From contig OU015568.1 of NCBI GenBank assembly GCA_907165135.1, forward strand, positions 4,960,001 through 5,024,000: a stretch of DNA of 64,000 nucleotides, written 5' to 3'. Positions 10,322 through 21,515 of this stretch are shown here, piece by piece; positions within the stretch are counted from its first letter, which is position 1; every line of letters starts with the position of its first letter. Below the pieces are notes generated by a model that did no database searches, had not been told where the DNA came from, and saw nothing but the letters and a program-made list of their open reading frames with translations. Source of the stretch: Oikopleura dioica (taxonomy: Eukaryota; Animalia; Chordata). A program made the position numbers and the translations under genes.

Positions 10322-11311
10322 TTATTTATACATCCAGGTCAGGGGATAACTTAAAATAGCAATTTGATAAGCAAGTATCCGATGAACACGAACATTTGAT
10401 TCTTTAAAAACATTGCGCCGATGAAAGGTGTTTCGCAGAATTCCATCTCTAAAGACTTGTGGTTCAATCTCACTTAGCAGCTGTTTTGCATCTTCAGGAG
10501 TTCGAATGTATTCTGTATCGTTGACTGAGCCCCATCCGTTGGCGTAGATTATTTCAGTTCTTGTTTTTGATTCTTTTTCGCCAGTCAAGTGATTATACAC
10601 AACACTTGTTGACTTTGTGCTGTAAAATGCGTCGACACTTATTCTCAAAAAACCAGAAAGATTCTTCATTAAAAGCTTAGTAGCTTTGACAACGTCGCGA
10701 TCGTTTAAAATTGTAATGACGAATCTATCGCACATTTTGCCCCCACGACCTTGTAGATCAGCTCCAGCAAGAAATTTATTGTGTTGCCATCTTTGTTCTA
10801 AATTTTGAAATAATTATTTTCAAACAAAAAAAACAAAAAACAAACGAATATAATGTTTGATTGGAAATCGAAAGGAGCTATTTCCTCCTGCAAGCGCTTC
10901 AATTTCTTCCTCTTCGAAATACGAATCATCTGGCACAATGACAGGAAAGGCGCTGTCCAAAAAGTTCTTTTCTCGAATAAGGATTTCATCATCAGATGCA
11001 ATGTTGTTATCTTTGGCGGCGGCGGCGGCGGCGGCGGTGCTTGAGCGTGGTGGAAAAAACCATTGAATTTGCAATGGCGTCAAATTAAAATCTCTTACAT
11101 TGTTTGTATAATAATCAAGAAATTTTTTTGGAATGTTTTTCGGCAGCCCATCCTGTCGCGCTCGAAGTCTTGTTAATTTTCGAATTCTCTTAATTTCGGC
11201 AAATTGCCGGTTGGCAGTCTCGCGTATTAAATCGGCTTGAGTTTGCGGCGGCGGCGGCGGCGGCAGCGGCGACAATGGTGGTGAGGATGATGGTAGTGAC
11301 ATTCTTAACAA
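10322..11311 (-). CDS. Spliced ~310-aa protein; C-terminal part resembles the terminal-protein-like N-terminal region of Polinton pPolBs
   Basis: 48-nt intron 10798-10845 fuses ORF 10820..11311 in frame to ORF 10322..10735. The ending ...ESNVRVHRILAYQIAILSYPL resembles the xSGW..I..L.I.I..Y.PL pattern. Confidence 0.55.
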
Positions 11312-11352
11312 CTCCCCTTTTTTATACTTGTTTATCGAATTTATTGTTAGAG

Positions 11353-14078
11353 TTAAATAAGCGTGCCGTCCGCTCTACACAGTGGGTAAGTTCTAATCTT
11401 GTCACAGTCGATTATTCTTTTTTTTAAAGTTGAATTTATGACGCGTTTTTTCATTATCCAAGTTTTCATTTTCTTGTTCTTTTGATCGTAATTGATAGTC
11501 GGTATGCTCTTCTCGATTCGCTCTTCCATATTATCAGAAAACAGCGCGGCCAAATATTCGTAATGACTAAACAAGTCAATAAAAACCTACACTAACGTTC
11601 TTACTTTAATTTTATCATATGAGCAACGCCTTTGGCTGAGCGCTTTTTCGCAACTGTGTTTTGATCATTTCCACCGCCTCCTCCTTCGCTGGCAATGGTG
11701 TTGTTATACTCGTCAAGTAATTTGTAAATGTGGGCTCGATTTGCAGGATCCAATAATTTTTTTTCGAAATCGCTCGTATAACATTCACTCATAATATAGC
11801 ATTTTGGCGAAAGAGCAATAAACCAACCACGAGTGATTTGCTCCTCGATTTTCAATAATCCGGGCTCCTTTTGAGATTCCGGCTCATCAGTTGCAAACCA
11901 TTTTTTAACAATTATATTGTCCCATTCTTGACGCAGCTCATCCCGCACATGCTCCTCCAGTGTTGGTCTTGTCAATGCGAGTAAAAACGAATCAGTGTCG
12001 CAATAACAGAATCGATAGGAACCCTCGCGCATATACTTGCGTAAAACATCGAGAAATTTGAAAAAGAGAAGCTTACTATTTTGATAAACAAAAATCTGAA
12101 TGTGTATGGCCAAATCTTCAATTATTCGCTTCTTTTTAAAGCTAACTTCGTGGAGAGGATCAACTCGATGGCCATCGGATTTTAGCGTTTCCATTTGCTT
12201 CAAAAGAGGATTTCTCAAAGCTCGATACAGACCATCGGCAGCGACGATTTTCGTATCTGTAAATCGACTTCGATTGACTGCAAAATTGCCAACACAAGAG
12301 TTTTGTAAAAATTTGGCGAGATTCGAGAGACTGGCATCTTTGTCGCGCACAGCTTGAACTCGATCGGCAACCATTGATCTGATAAACTTGTGAAATGGTT
12401 TTCGGCGCGTGTATTGTACAAAGTACTTTAACTTGAAAGTGATGCCCTTTTTCGCATAGTAGAGAAGAGTGTCAGATGTTGCCAAATAATTCTCAGCATG
12501 ATAGCAAAATACATTCTCATCACACGGAAAAAGATTCTTCTTTTGCTGCTCAGAGAGAGTATTCAGCAAATCACCTTGAAGATCTTCAGCGCAGAGTGTT
12601 TTCTTTACAAAAATCGGCGGAATTTCTGGATGATCGGCAATTACTTGTTCAGTTGAAAAAAGATCAACCATGGCAAAGCCAAAGAAGCGGCTTTCTCCGT
12701 CGGCATTTGTCTCTAGCAAAAGTTCTCGAAATTCATCCTCGGTGACACCCTCATCGCCAAGCGCATAACCAGTATAATTTTTAGGTGCGCCTTTAAAAAT
12801 AAATGGCATACTGATTGAAGTTGGTGGTGCGCCATCCATTACAAGCTGTCGCCACTCTTTTAGCCATTCGCAAGAATATTTTATTAATATAACTGGTGGT
12901 GAGTATGAATCGCCATCCTCATTTTTTATCAGCTCACGAATGGCGATTATTCGTTGAGCATCACGCTCGGCGAGTTCTTGCGCAGAGTAATAAACTGTTT
13001 TGGGATTTTTGGCGTCTTTTTTGATCTTGATTACTCGAGGATTGCGCTTACACTTGAAACAAGCGTGAAAAGAGCAACCCCTAAATTCGAATATGAAGCG
13101 TTTCTTTAAGCCAGTCACGTCATCAATAATTTCAGCATATCCATCTACAAAATAATCACCAATTTGCTTCTCCTTGAAATTGTAAGAATGTTGAATTCGA
13201 CCATGCCAAATTTTTTCGCTTTGAGAGTTGAGATGTTCGAGCCATTGAATTGATTGAATTGAAGAATTTTCGCGCTGTTTAAATAAACCTCTACAGAAAA
13301 ATCTTTTTTCATCGGCTGCGGTGGCGGCGGAACTCGTTATATTTATCGACACTGGCTCGAAAATCATGCCTGGACCGCTGGGTAAAAAGTGTTGAAAAAC
13401 AAACGGGTAGAGAGCGTTAAAATCCAACAGCAAACACGCAACAAACAAATCGCCATTCGGTGCGCGATAGGCCGACTCTGGAACGTGTGGCTGGGCTCCA
13501 TTTAAATATATGGCGCGATGAAGCACTTGCGTAATGCCTCCGGTGAGACTCTTACGGCAATCGCGATAAAAGTACGCAAATTCGGGCGGAATTGAGTAAA
13601 TTGGCGGCGAATTTTTATCGTAAAGTGTGAAAGCCAATCGATGAGCAATTTTTGTAATACTAATTTCCGAATGTATGCCAAGATTATACTTGGTCAAATA
13701 CTTTTCAGCATATGCCGAAATCGAACCTTCCAACAATAAAACATCATTGTAATTGTAATTGATCAAGTATTTCATCATACATGGTCTTGGTGGCGGGGGC
13801 AGCGATTGTTGCTCCATCGCGCTCTTTTCTTGTTGATACTCATCTTGCATTTCATCCCACATCTTGACGCATTCTTGATAAACACGTGGCGAAAATTTGA
13901 AAAAATCGAGAGAAGCGGCATCACACTCATCAATCACCGGATAAGGTTGATCATCCAACAGTTTAATACACTTTTCAAGAATCAAATACAAGTGAACCGA
14001 ATAGTCAAAACCATCTTCGACAAGCTTTAGCAGTAGTTTTGAAATGTTTTTTTCTAGAACAGCCATTGTCAACAACAA
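11353..14078 (-). CDS. polB: Protein-primed family B DNA polymerase, C-terminal part (ExoIII + polymerase domain + VSR/DUF559-like insertion); two exons
   Basis: YNYNDVLLL (ExoIII), LLDFNALYP (motif A), KFLQNSCVG (motif B), YCDTDS (motif C), KCY, SAKGV. A 38-nt intron 11567-11604 adds the final 70 aa (NHYEYL...KKR...TYPL). Confidence 0.92.
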
Positions 14079-14185
14079 ACCATAACAAAATGTTTTTTGA
14101 TAATTTTATACTTTTTAAAATCGAAAAAGAGATGAAGCAAAGCTAAAACTCTAAAAGGAATCTAGACACAAAGAAATTGCTCTAA

Positions 14186-16825
14186 TCATAATTTTTCAAA
14201 ACTACTCTCAATTGGACACTCGCGTCTTTCAAAGTACTCCTTAAGTGCATAATCATCCCTCAAATTGCTCAATTTCAAAAAGTTAAACACATGATCAACA
14301 ATTGTTTCACGTTTCCATCTTTTTTCGTCAATCTTTTCCTTGATAATTTCATTCATTTCAACAATGAATTTTTTGTCCTTCATCGTCAGCGTTGAATAGA
14401 AGCACGTGTAAGCAGAAAACTTGAATGTTTTGTACAATTGATCAATACTGCTAAACCATTCATAAGGAAATGAGCCTTTTGAGTAAACATCCGGATTGAG
14501 ACCGCATGATCGAGCCAAACTTTCCAATTTCATGGGGCATGTGTAGTTTTTAAAATCGCGAAAGCTAAGATTTATAGCATCAACCATCATATATCCAGAA
14601 GATCGTTTGATGATACTTATTTGAGACGCATCGCGACCACAAAACTCAAAGAGCGCAGAAATCAACGCCGGAAAGAGAACCACTAAGTCGTAACGTTCGC
14701 CAACCCAACTGTAAATTTTCAATTTCAAAAAGTCTTTCAAATAATTGAGCTTCTTTTTCATCATTCCCAAATCATGAAATGCCAATGTTGGATTCTTTTT
14801 TTCTTCTTCAATCTTCATCGAGTAATGCTCGATTCCGCTCTTTATACATGCTGGAAGATTACTTTCAAGTTGTTTTTGCAAGTGAATCAAATAATTTATA
14901 AACTCGGCGCACATAACTAACGCTGATTCAAACTCGTTGGTCCTTCTAACAAAGCACATTTTTTCCTTTTCGCTCGTATAAGTGGCAATTGTGGCGAGAT
15001 TGTGGTACTTTGATTGTGTTGAAAATGGTCCATTATTCATTAAACATTCTATATCATAAACGGCGAAAAATTTTTGCACATATGAAGATGAAGGCAAAAA
15101 CTTTTCTTCGACAAGTTCGTGAATATGCCGATTGATAGTTTGACCATCCTCAACACTTTGACGAATTATTGATATTGGCTCATCAGTGCAGACCGCTTCA
15201 TGCTTTCTCATGCGATGCGCTCTAGATGTCGTAAAAAGACAATTCTTTGTTTTGCACTTTGGCAAAACTCTGACTGCGCTATCGGGTAGTATTCTAACGC
15301 GCGTATTATCATCAAAAACATTTGGAGCCAAACAAAAAACATTGCGAATCGGGCAATACTCATCATCATCAGCATCATGATGGTTGTCACCACCACCACC
15401 ACCACCATCAATAATTGTCGTTTCAGGAGGTGGTAATGATGTTTGCGACGACAATGTTGATCGATCTTCGTGTTCGCATTCTTCATCCAAAAAAGGATTG
15501 TTTATAAATGATTTTTCAGAATCGGCGTTGTTTGTCAAATTATCAAAATCAACAACGTCATCATCGTCCTCGTCATCGGCGGCGGCGGCGGCGGCGGCGG
15601 CGGTTGGGCTGGTCTGCTCTTCATCATCATCATCATCTTGATCTGCCGCACGATGATATCGATGACCAGCGGTATTACACCAATTACGAATTTTATTCAT
15701 TTTAGAATCGCTCATGTTCAAGCATTTGGCTCTTCTTCGATTGAAATCCAAGTCCTCCGAGAAAAGAGCCAAAAGACCAGGATTATTATGAAATTGACGA
15801 TAAGAAACCGAAGTTAATTTTTTAAATTCTTTTTCAAACTCATCTTCTTTATATGAAGCAACCAATAAATTTAATTGTTTCATCTGAGAACTTCCAATAA
15901 CCTTGTAAACACAAGACTTTAAATTAACATTATCATTTAAAATTTTTCCAACAAATAGAGCAATATTTATTCCAAATCGTGATCTGATGCGCTTAAAAAC
16001 ATCATCGCCAATCGTGAAAACATTAAAGGATTTTTCACCAATAATTGTGTTTTTAACAAAAAGCGCTTTCTCATCCAAACGCTCTCCGCCAAGATTTGGC
16101 CATTTTGTTTTGGCAACTGCTCTCCAAATCGAAACCCATTCAGAATCACAACGGTTTGCTGATTCTCGATTTGGCAAAACATGAAAAACTCCGAGACGGT
16201 GAAAGAATGGTCGAGCAGATTGCAGAACAACACGTGCTCGATCACTGCTGATGTCAACATTGAATAGCTCGCCAACATTTGTTGTAACTAACTCATCCCT
16301 TTGCGCGCGATATGACACGCCAAGAGGTGCATACTTTCCACCATAGAGTACGTAAATATCCACGTTTAAATATCGCTCCACTTGAGATATTGTTGCTCTT
16401 GTTGGAAATTCGCCAAATTTTTCAATTAATTCAGTCGGATCTACACATGATAATTCCTCGCGGAGAGCTCTAGTTATTTTCGTTGGCACAGATGGATATG
16501 ATCTCTTATAGAAATTCGACCATTTGATACCCATTAAAACGGCGGCATAGAAATTTGAATAATTTTCCAAAGTGCAACTGTCGTCAACTGGTGTATACTC
16601 TTTACTGCTGCTGCTACTACTGCTGCAGTGACGACGACGAGAAGTAGCTGATGTTGTAGGCTGATCATCGTCATTATTTGAGAGTCGCTCCTCAGATAAT
16701 ATTTGTATGTTTCGACTTTTTGTTAAAAAACGCCTGCGTCTCTTTTTAGCGGCATTGTCCAAACCGCCAGGATGTTTCTTTGGTAGAAACCTTTTCATAC
16801 TCTTGAACTTCAAACAAAAACACAC
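14186..16825 (-). CDS. polB: Protein-primed PolB, N-terminal part (OTU-like repeats, Zn-finger-like CxxxxC..H..C, ExoI/ExoII)
   Basis: AVYDIECL (ExoI), ERYDLVVL (ExoII), FRDFKNY, KGSFPYEWF. Ends at its own stop codon, in a different frame from the polymerase ORF. Confidence 0.85.
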   Translation of the reverse strand: MCFCLKFKSMKRFLPKKHPGGLDNAAKKRRRRFLTKSRNIQILSEERLSNNDDDQPTTSATSRRRHCSSSSSSSKEYTPVDDSCTLENYSNFYAAVLMGIKWSNFYKRSYPSVPTKITRALREELSCVDPTELIEKFGEFPTRATISQVERYLNVDIYVLYGGKYAPLGVSYRAQRDELVTTNVGELFNVDISSDRARVVLQSARPFFHRLGVFHVLPNRESANRCDSEWVSIWRAVAKTKWPNLGGERLDEKALFVKNTIIGEKSFNVFTIGDDVFKRIRSRFGINIALFVGKILNDNVNLKSCVYKVIGSSQMKQLNLLVASYKEDEFEKEFKKLTSVSYRQFHNNPGLLALFSEDLDFNRRRAKCLNMSDSKMNKIRNWCNTAGHRYHRAADQDDDDDEEQTSPTAAAAAAAADDEDDDDVVDFDNLTNNADSEKSFINNPFLDEECEHEDRSTLSSQTSLPPPETTIIDGGGGGGDNHHDADDDEYCPIRNVFCLAPNVFDDNTRVRILPDSAVRVLPKCKTKNCLFTTSRAHRMRKHEAVCTDEPISIIRQSVEDGQTINRHIHELVEEKFLPSSSYVQKFFAVYDIECLMNNGPFSTQSKYHNLATIATYTSEKEKMCFVRRTNEFESALVMCAEFINYLIHLQKQLESNLPACIKSGIEHYSMKIEEEKKNPTLAFHDLGMMKKKLNYLKDFLKLKIYSWVGERYDLVVLFPALISALFEFCGRDASQISIIKRSSGYMMVDAINLSFRDFKNYTCPMKLESLARSCGLNPDVYSKGSFPYEWFSSIDQLYKTFKFSAYTCFYSTLTMKDKKFIVEMNEIIKEKIDEKRWKRETIVDHVFNFLKLSNLRDDYALKEYFERRECPIESSFEKL

Positions 16826-16907
16826 ATGTTTTTATACTCGATAATATTTTTTATTTCACCACGGCGCTGTTACTTCTTTACAGCTCAACAGCGCCTCCAA
16901 TATATAA

Positions 16908-18726
16908 TTATGAGCCGGCTTTTCTTTTCCCTGAATTCATTTTGCTTCTGTCAGCCATCGTTGACAAAATTGTCGCCTCTAAAAATTGTTTTTTTCTCAA
17001 AAAAATAAAAGTGAAACAAACCTTTTCGATTCCCATCAAGCATAATCGCATCAATGGGTATCTTCATCACAAGAACATCCCAATTTTCTTCAAGAATCTT
17101 TTCAAACGTAATTCTTGCAGTTATCGTGGCACTCTCTCCTTGTCTATCATCAAAAAGCAACGGAACCATCCAAGATTGATTTTGAAATTGAAAGAAATCC
17201 AATCCTCCTCCAATTGATTTGTTTTCATAACGTCCATTATGCATCAAGAAATTCTGATAGTGTTCCAGAGGATCAGTCCAAGGCGTCAAAAAAGCATTGT
17301 AATTGTCAACCAAAACTTCAAATTCCCTTATTTTAAAACCATCCTCATGCATCGTCGTTTTTGTTATACATCGTTGATAATCCGGTCTTTGACGTTTTTT
17401 GTTGGACATACCAGTCAACACTATCATATAAGGCACTGGTCCAGAGCTCAACTCCACCTCATAACTTGCAAGCCCTTTTGACAAAACGTGTATTTTTAAT
17501 CGAGGATAAAAAAAGGGAATCTTGAGCATTTTATCACTGTTACCAACTTTGATTGGTTTTTCACATTCTCTTGCTTTGCAGAAAACACTCTTTAGCCAAA
17601 AATTATGAAGATTTGGCTCTTGACCCTCTATGACGACATCTTCAGCTGTTGGAATTGAAGCTCTTTGTAGCCAAAAGCAGGCATAACTTTTGTTGTCAAT
17701 CTTTTTAACTCGAATTTTTGGAACTTTTTTGGTGATTTTATGCGCTTTGAAGGTCGATGAATTACAAATAGAAGTTTTATCTGTAACAGGTGCTTCATTG
17801 ACATTTAAGATTTGTTCAAGTGTTGAAACATCATATTCACCGCTCGTGATCTTGTCTTTGTAAGAAGCAGGATCGTCTTCTCCTTTTGGAATTGCACAAT
17901 CGCACTTATTCACAGTATCATGAATAAGGGTTTTTGTTTCAAATTCAACTCCAGATTCTTCATTAAACGGAAATTTTAGCTCATCTGAAAAAAAATCCGT
18001 ATCTTCTGATCGACATTCAATATAATCACTATGCCTCATGATATAATTTTTTGTTGGAGCAAGAGTGGTATTAAACCAGAGGCGAGAGGCTGGAGGTAAA
18101 ACTCGAGCTTGGCGAGCCAATCCGTGCGAAATTGGCGCTTTAATCTTATAAATATGATGCTTGAACTCATATTTTACTTTTCGTTGGTCTTTTCCAATTT
18201 TTATATATCGAGCCGATTCAAGGTTTTCCTCTCGCCATATGGACGTCGCATGCAACAACCGATTCTCAAGAGCAGTCAAATTATTACTCTTCAATCTGTA
18301 ATCATTCAACTCATTCGCATCCAGATCATAAGCATCAAAATGACCTTCAGGAAAAAGCTCAATTTCTTGCGCTGATGGTGAGTAATTTAACTTTTTTATA
18401 AAATGATTGAAAAAAGCATACTCTAAACCTTCTGTGTACGACGAGAATATCGTGCTGTCCATAATGTTTATGTCCATTTTTGAAAATATTTTTGACCCGA
18501 TTTCATTATCAGGAACGCAATTTGATGGGATCTCGATATCAAACTCAAATTGCATTTTGTCCAACTTGATGGGAAGTTTGTCTTTTGGAGTTTCAAACCG
18601 CCAAGTGTATGGCAAATCTTTAACCCCCAAACGTCTGACCGTTTTTAATCCATTGAATGGATCCATAGGGCGCTTGGAATCTTTATAAAATAAAAGATTT
18701 CCATAATCGCTTGTTGATTCTGGCAT
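16908..18726 (-). CDS. Polinton-type double jelly-roll major capsid protein
   Basis: YAFFNHFIKKLNY...KIKAPISHGLARQARVLP...GPVPYMIVL...IDAIMLDGNR matches the Polinton MCP layout. A possible terminal 43-nt intron (16979-17021) moves the stop from 16951 to 16908. Confidence 0.75.
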
Positions 18727-19041
18727 CGTTATTTTTCTTCCTAAATTAACAGGTTAAAAAGAAAATACTTGCTGCTGCTGCTGCTGCTGCTGATGTTTAT
18801 CGTTTGTCGATGTTCTTGTTGTTGTTTTTGTTGATTAATTGTGACGATGGAGAGAAGTTGTGATTGCTAAAAAGAGAATTTATTTAAGAGAATTAAAAAA
18901 AGAATTGAGTGAAAATTTCTCTCTTATTTTCAAAAGAGAATATAAGATAAGACTAATAATAGTCAATTGGATAACAAAGCAAAAAATCAGGGACGCGTAT
19001 TTGTAGTTTCTGTAGAATCCATCGATAAATCCAGGTGAACA

Positions 19042-19284
19042 CTAAAAATTTTTTGAAAAAACATCATAAACATGTTGCCACACCTCTATTGAGTTTACCA
19101 GCGTCGTCTTCGAGAGTACGCGTTGCTTCGTCTCCGCTTTGGGGCCTTTCTTGTCGACTTTTTTCGTTTGGTTGTTTTCCGGCGACTTGAGCGTCTTTTT
19201 CTTACAAGAGGTCCCACTGAATAAACTCGTGGAAACCTCGAAATTCGAGCCATTGGAACACACTTTTACAATCTTAATAAACAA
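19042..19284 (-). CDS. Small Lys-rich orphan ORF
   Basis: ORF track only. Confidence 0.25.
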   Translation of the reverse strand: MFIKIVKVCSNGSNFEVSTSLFSGTSCKKKTLKSPENNQTKKVDKKGPKAETKQRVLSKTTLVNSIEVWQHVYDVFSKNF

Positions 19285-19313
19285 AAATTGATTTTTTTAA
19301 AAACATTGTATTT

Positions 19314-21415
19314 TTACTTCATTTCAGAAATAGGAATAACAACATTCAATTCATTTTCATAATATCGTCTAGATTGAGGATGACCAAATGAATTCACCAA
19401 AGAAAATGTTGGAACTTTTGACCCCTGATGTATTTGAATAACTTGAAACAAATCTCTCGACCATTTTTCTTTAAAACCTTTTACAAAATTCTTTTTAGAA
19501 TTCGAAGATTTTGCTATTCTTACAACATCGCCTAATCCAACTAGCGATTTTCGCTTTCTATTATATAGAGATCTTTTTTGTTCAAGATAATCAAATAAAA
19601 CACGAGCGTTTTTACGTGTTATAGCAGAAGGAGCGACTCCAATAGTCGAATGCACAGAGTTATTAATAGCTGTGTTGACTTCTTGAAGTATGTGGATCCA
19701 GCGTTGAACACCGCCAGAAGCAGTAAAATAACGACCCAATCGAGCTTCTAACGTTCCACTGAATTTCGTTTAATAAAAAAATTTTTATTTTTAAATACTC
19801 ACTTGAATCGCTCGACGAGAGCGGCCTTGTGTCTACCCTGAAGATGAACAGGTGTCATCGACCATCGGGCAAGCAAGTCATAAGTGTCTTTTTCAAATTC
19901 AACGCCTTGATCAGAGCAGAAAAAAGTGTGTCCAGGAAGATCTTCACCTATTTTCACAAAAATTGATTCCAATTCCTTGGCTATTTCAGCAGATTTAAGA
20001 GACATTAAAGGAGCAACAAAACTTCTGCGCGAAAGTCCATCAATAACAGTAAGAATATATTTATAGCCATTGTTTAAATGAGCATAATTTTTAAATGCAG
20101 CGATTGTGTCGGAAAACAAACATGTAAACAAACCAGTCGCAATAATTGGATTACGCTCAAAATTAGATTTAAACGGCTTATGTAAGGAAATCGCATTGTT
20201 CATGCGTTTAAAACGAGACAAATTCATACCACTATAAAAAGAAGGATTTTTACTATTATAAAACAAATCAAGAGCTGAGCTTGGACGTTGAGAAAAAAGA
20301 GGCGCATCAAATGTTGTTGTATTATTAACCCCAGAAGTTGTCGATGTCTGCTCCGCCGCCGCCGCCGCCGCCGCCGCCGCCCCGTCCGACGTGCGATTCA
20401 TTCTCTTCGTCGCCGTCGTCAATGTAGAGTCGATCCTCATCGGACTCCTCATCGGATCGAGATTCGATCCCGTCTGGGTCATAATAGTGGGATTTTTTAA
20501 TGGCGCTTGAAGTTGGAGAGACGGCATTCTTACTTGACGATTGAGATTTTGGTTTAGCGAGTTTACGCTGTTTTGTGGCTCGTACGGTAGTGACACGTCC
20601 AGCGGCTCGCTTTGATCGCTTTGGTCGTTTTGAAAGTTGCTCGTCTTCGTCACGGTCGACGTCGGCGTCGTCATAAGCGTTGTTGTAAAAGGGAGTTTGT
20701 TCTCTGATACGTCGTCTGCCATTGATTCGGGCAACTCTTGAATTCGATTTGACGCTATTGGCAATAGATTCCGTCTCGGAGGTGTCTTCATCACTTGCAG
20801 TTGAATTGGAAAACTCAATTGCCCTTTTGCGTTTCGAGTCCCGATTACTTGCGTTAGAAATTGCACTCCTCCATTTTCGGTAATCATTGCTGGTGATAGG
20901 ATACTCTTTGAGGCGACTTGGGCGAAGGAGTGGTTTTCGGGGATGTTTTGTAACTGGTTCAGGTTCCGCGAAATTTGATTTTTCCAAACGGTTAGATCGC
21001 TTTGATTTGACGACTGGACTTGCTGATCCAGAATCGGACCGTCGTTTGCGAATATTGCCACGTCGCGATTCTCTTCGGGCGCTCGTTGCTCGAGTGACGG
21101 GTTTTCTTGAAAGCTGACTACGCTTGATACGGGCTTGAAGTTTTTGTCGTCGAGTTTTTGCCTCTTGCTCGAGCTTTTTGATGTGGAATTCCTCTTCGTC
21201 TTCCGAGTTTGAGAACTCGACTGATTCGCTTTCTCTTTCGCTTTCGCTTTCGCTTTCGCTTTCCGATACGCTTCTTTTTCTGCTCTTTCTCGTTGCTCGA
21301 TCACTTCCGTAAGGAATTTCTCTGTTGCATATACCGGCGATAGTGCGGGCGCTCGTGTCCTCCTCGGTCTCATAATCAGGATATGGCTCTGCTTTGGTCT
21401 TTGGCGCAATAACAC
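19314..21415 (-). CDS. int: Retroviral-like (rve, c-integrase) integrase; two exons; true start uncertain
   Basis: YILTVIDGLSR, FCSDQGVEF and LVERF|NGTLEARLGRYF after removal of the 44-nt intron 19759-19802; HSTIGVAP; GDVVRI; KGFKEKWS. Confidence 0.92.
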
Positions 21416-21515
21416 GGATACGATTTGTCTTTGGATTCAGTTCCCAAAATGAAGCAATATTATCCAAGATTGATAATCGAACGAAACAACCACCGTTTAC
21501 CAGTGCGTTATTCAT
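20325..21515 (-). CDS. 396-aa Arg/Ser/Lys-rich protein overlapping the integrase ORF (candidate DNA-condensing core protein)
   Basis: Long ORF in a different frame from the integrase ORF. A 41-nt GT-AG intron (21517-21557) lies just before the ATG. Confidence 0.6.
   Translation of the reverse strand: MNNALVNGGCFVRLSILDNIASFWELNPKTNRIRVIAPKTKAEPYPDYETEEDTSARTIAGICNREIPYGSDRATRKSRKRSVSESESESESERESESVEFSNSEDEEEFHIKKLEQEAKTRRQKLQARIKRSQLSRKPVTRATSARRESRRGNIRKRRSDSGSASPVVKSKRSNRLEKSNFAEPEPVTKHPRKPLLRPSRLKEYPITSNDYRKWRSAISNASNRDSKRKRAIEFSNSTASDEDTSETESIANSVKSNSRVARINGRRRIREQTPFYNNAYDDADVDRDEDEQLSKRPKRSKRAAGRVTTVRATKQRKLAKPKSQSSSKNAVSPTSSAIKKSHYYDPDGIESRSDEESDEDRLYIDDGDEENESHVGRGGGGGGGGGGADIDNFWG

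Noticed and set aside
14162-14205. 44-nt GT-AG intron that would neatly join the two PolB ORFs
   Set aside because: Splicing gives AAT TCC TTT TAG, an immediate stop. Only the 152-nt variant (acceptor at 14054) is in frame.
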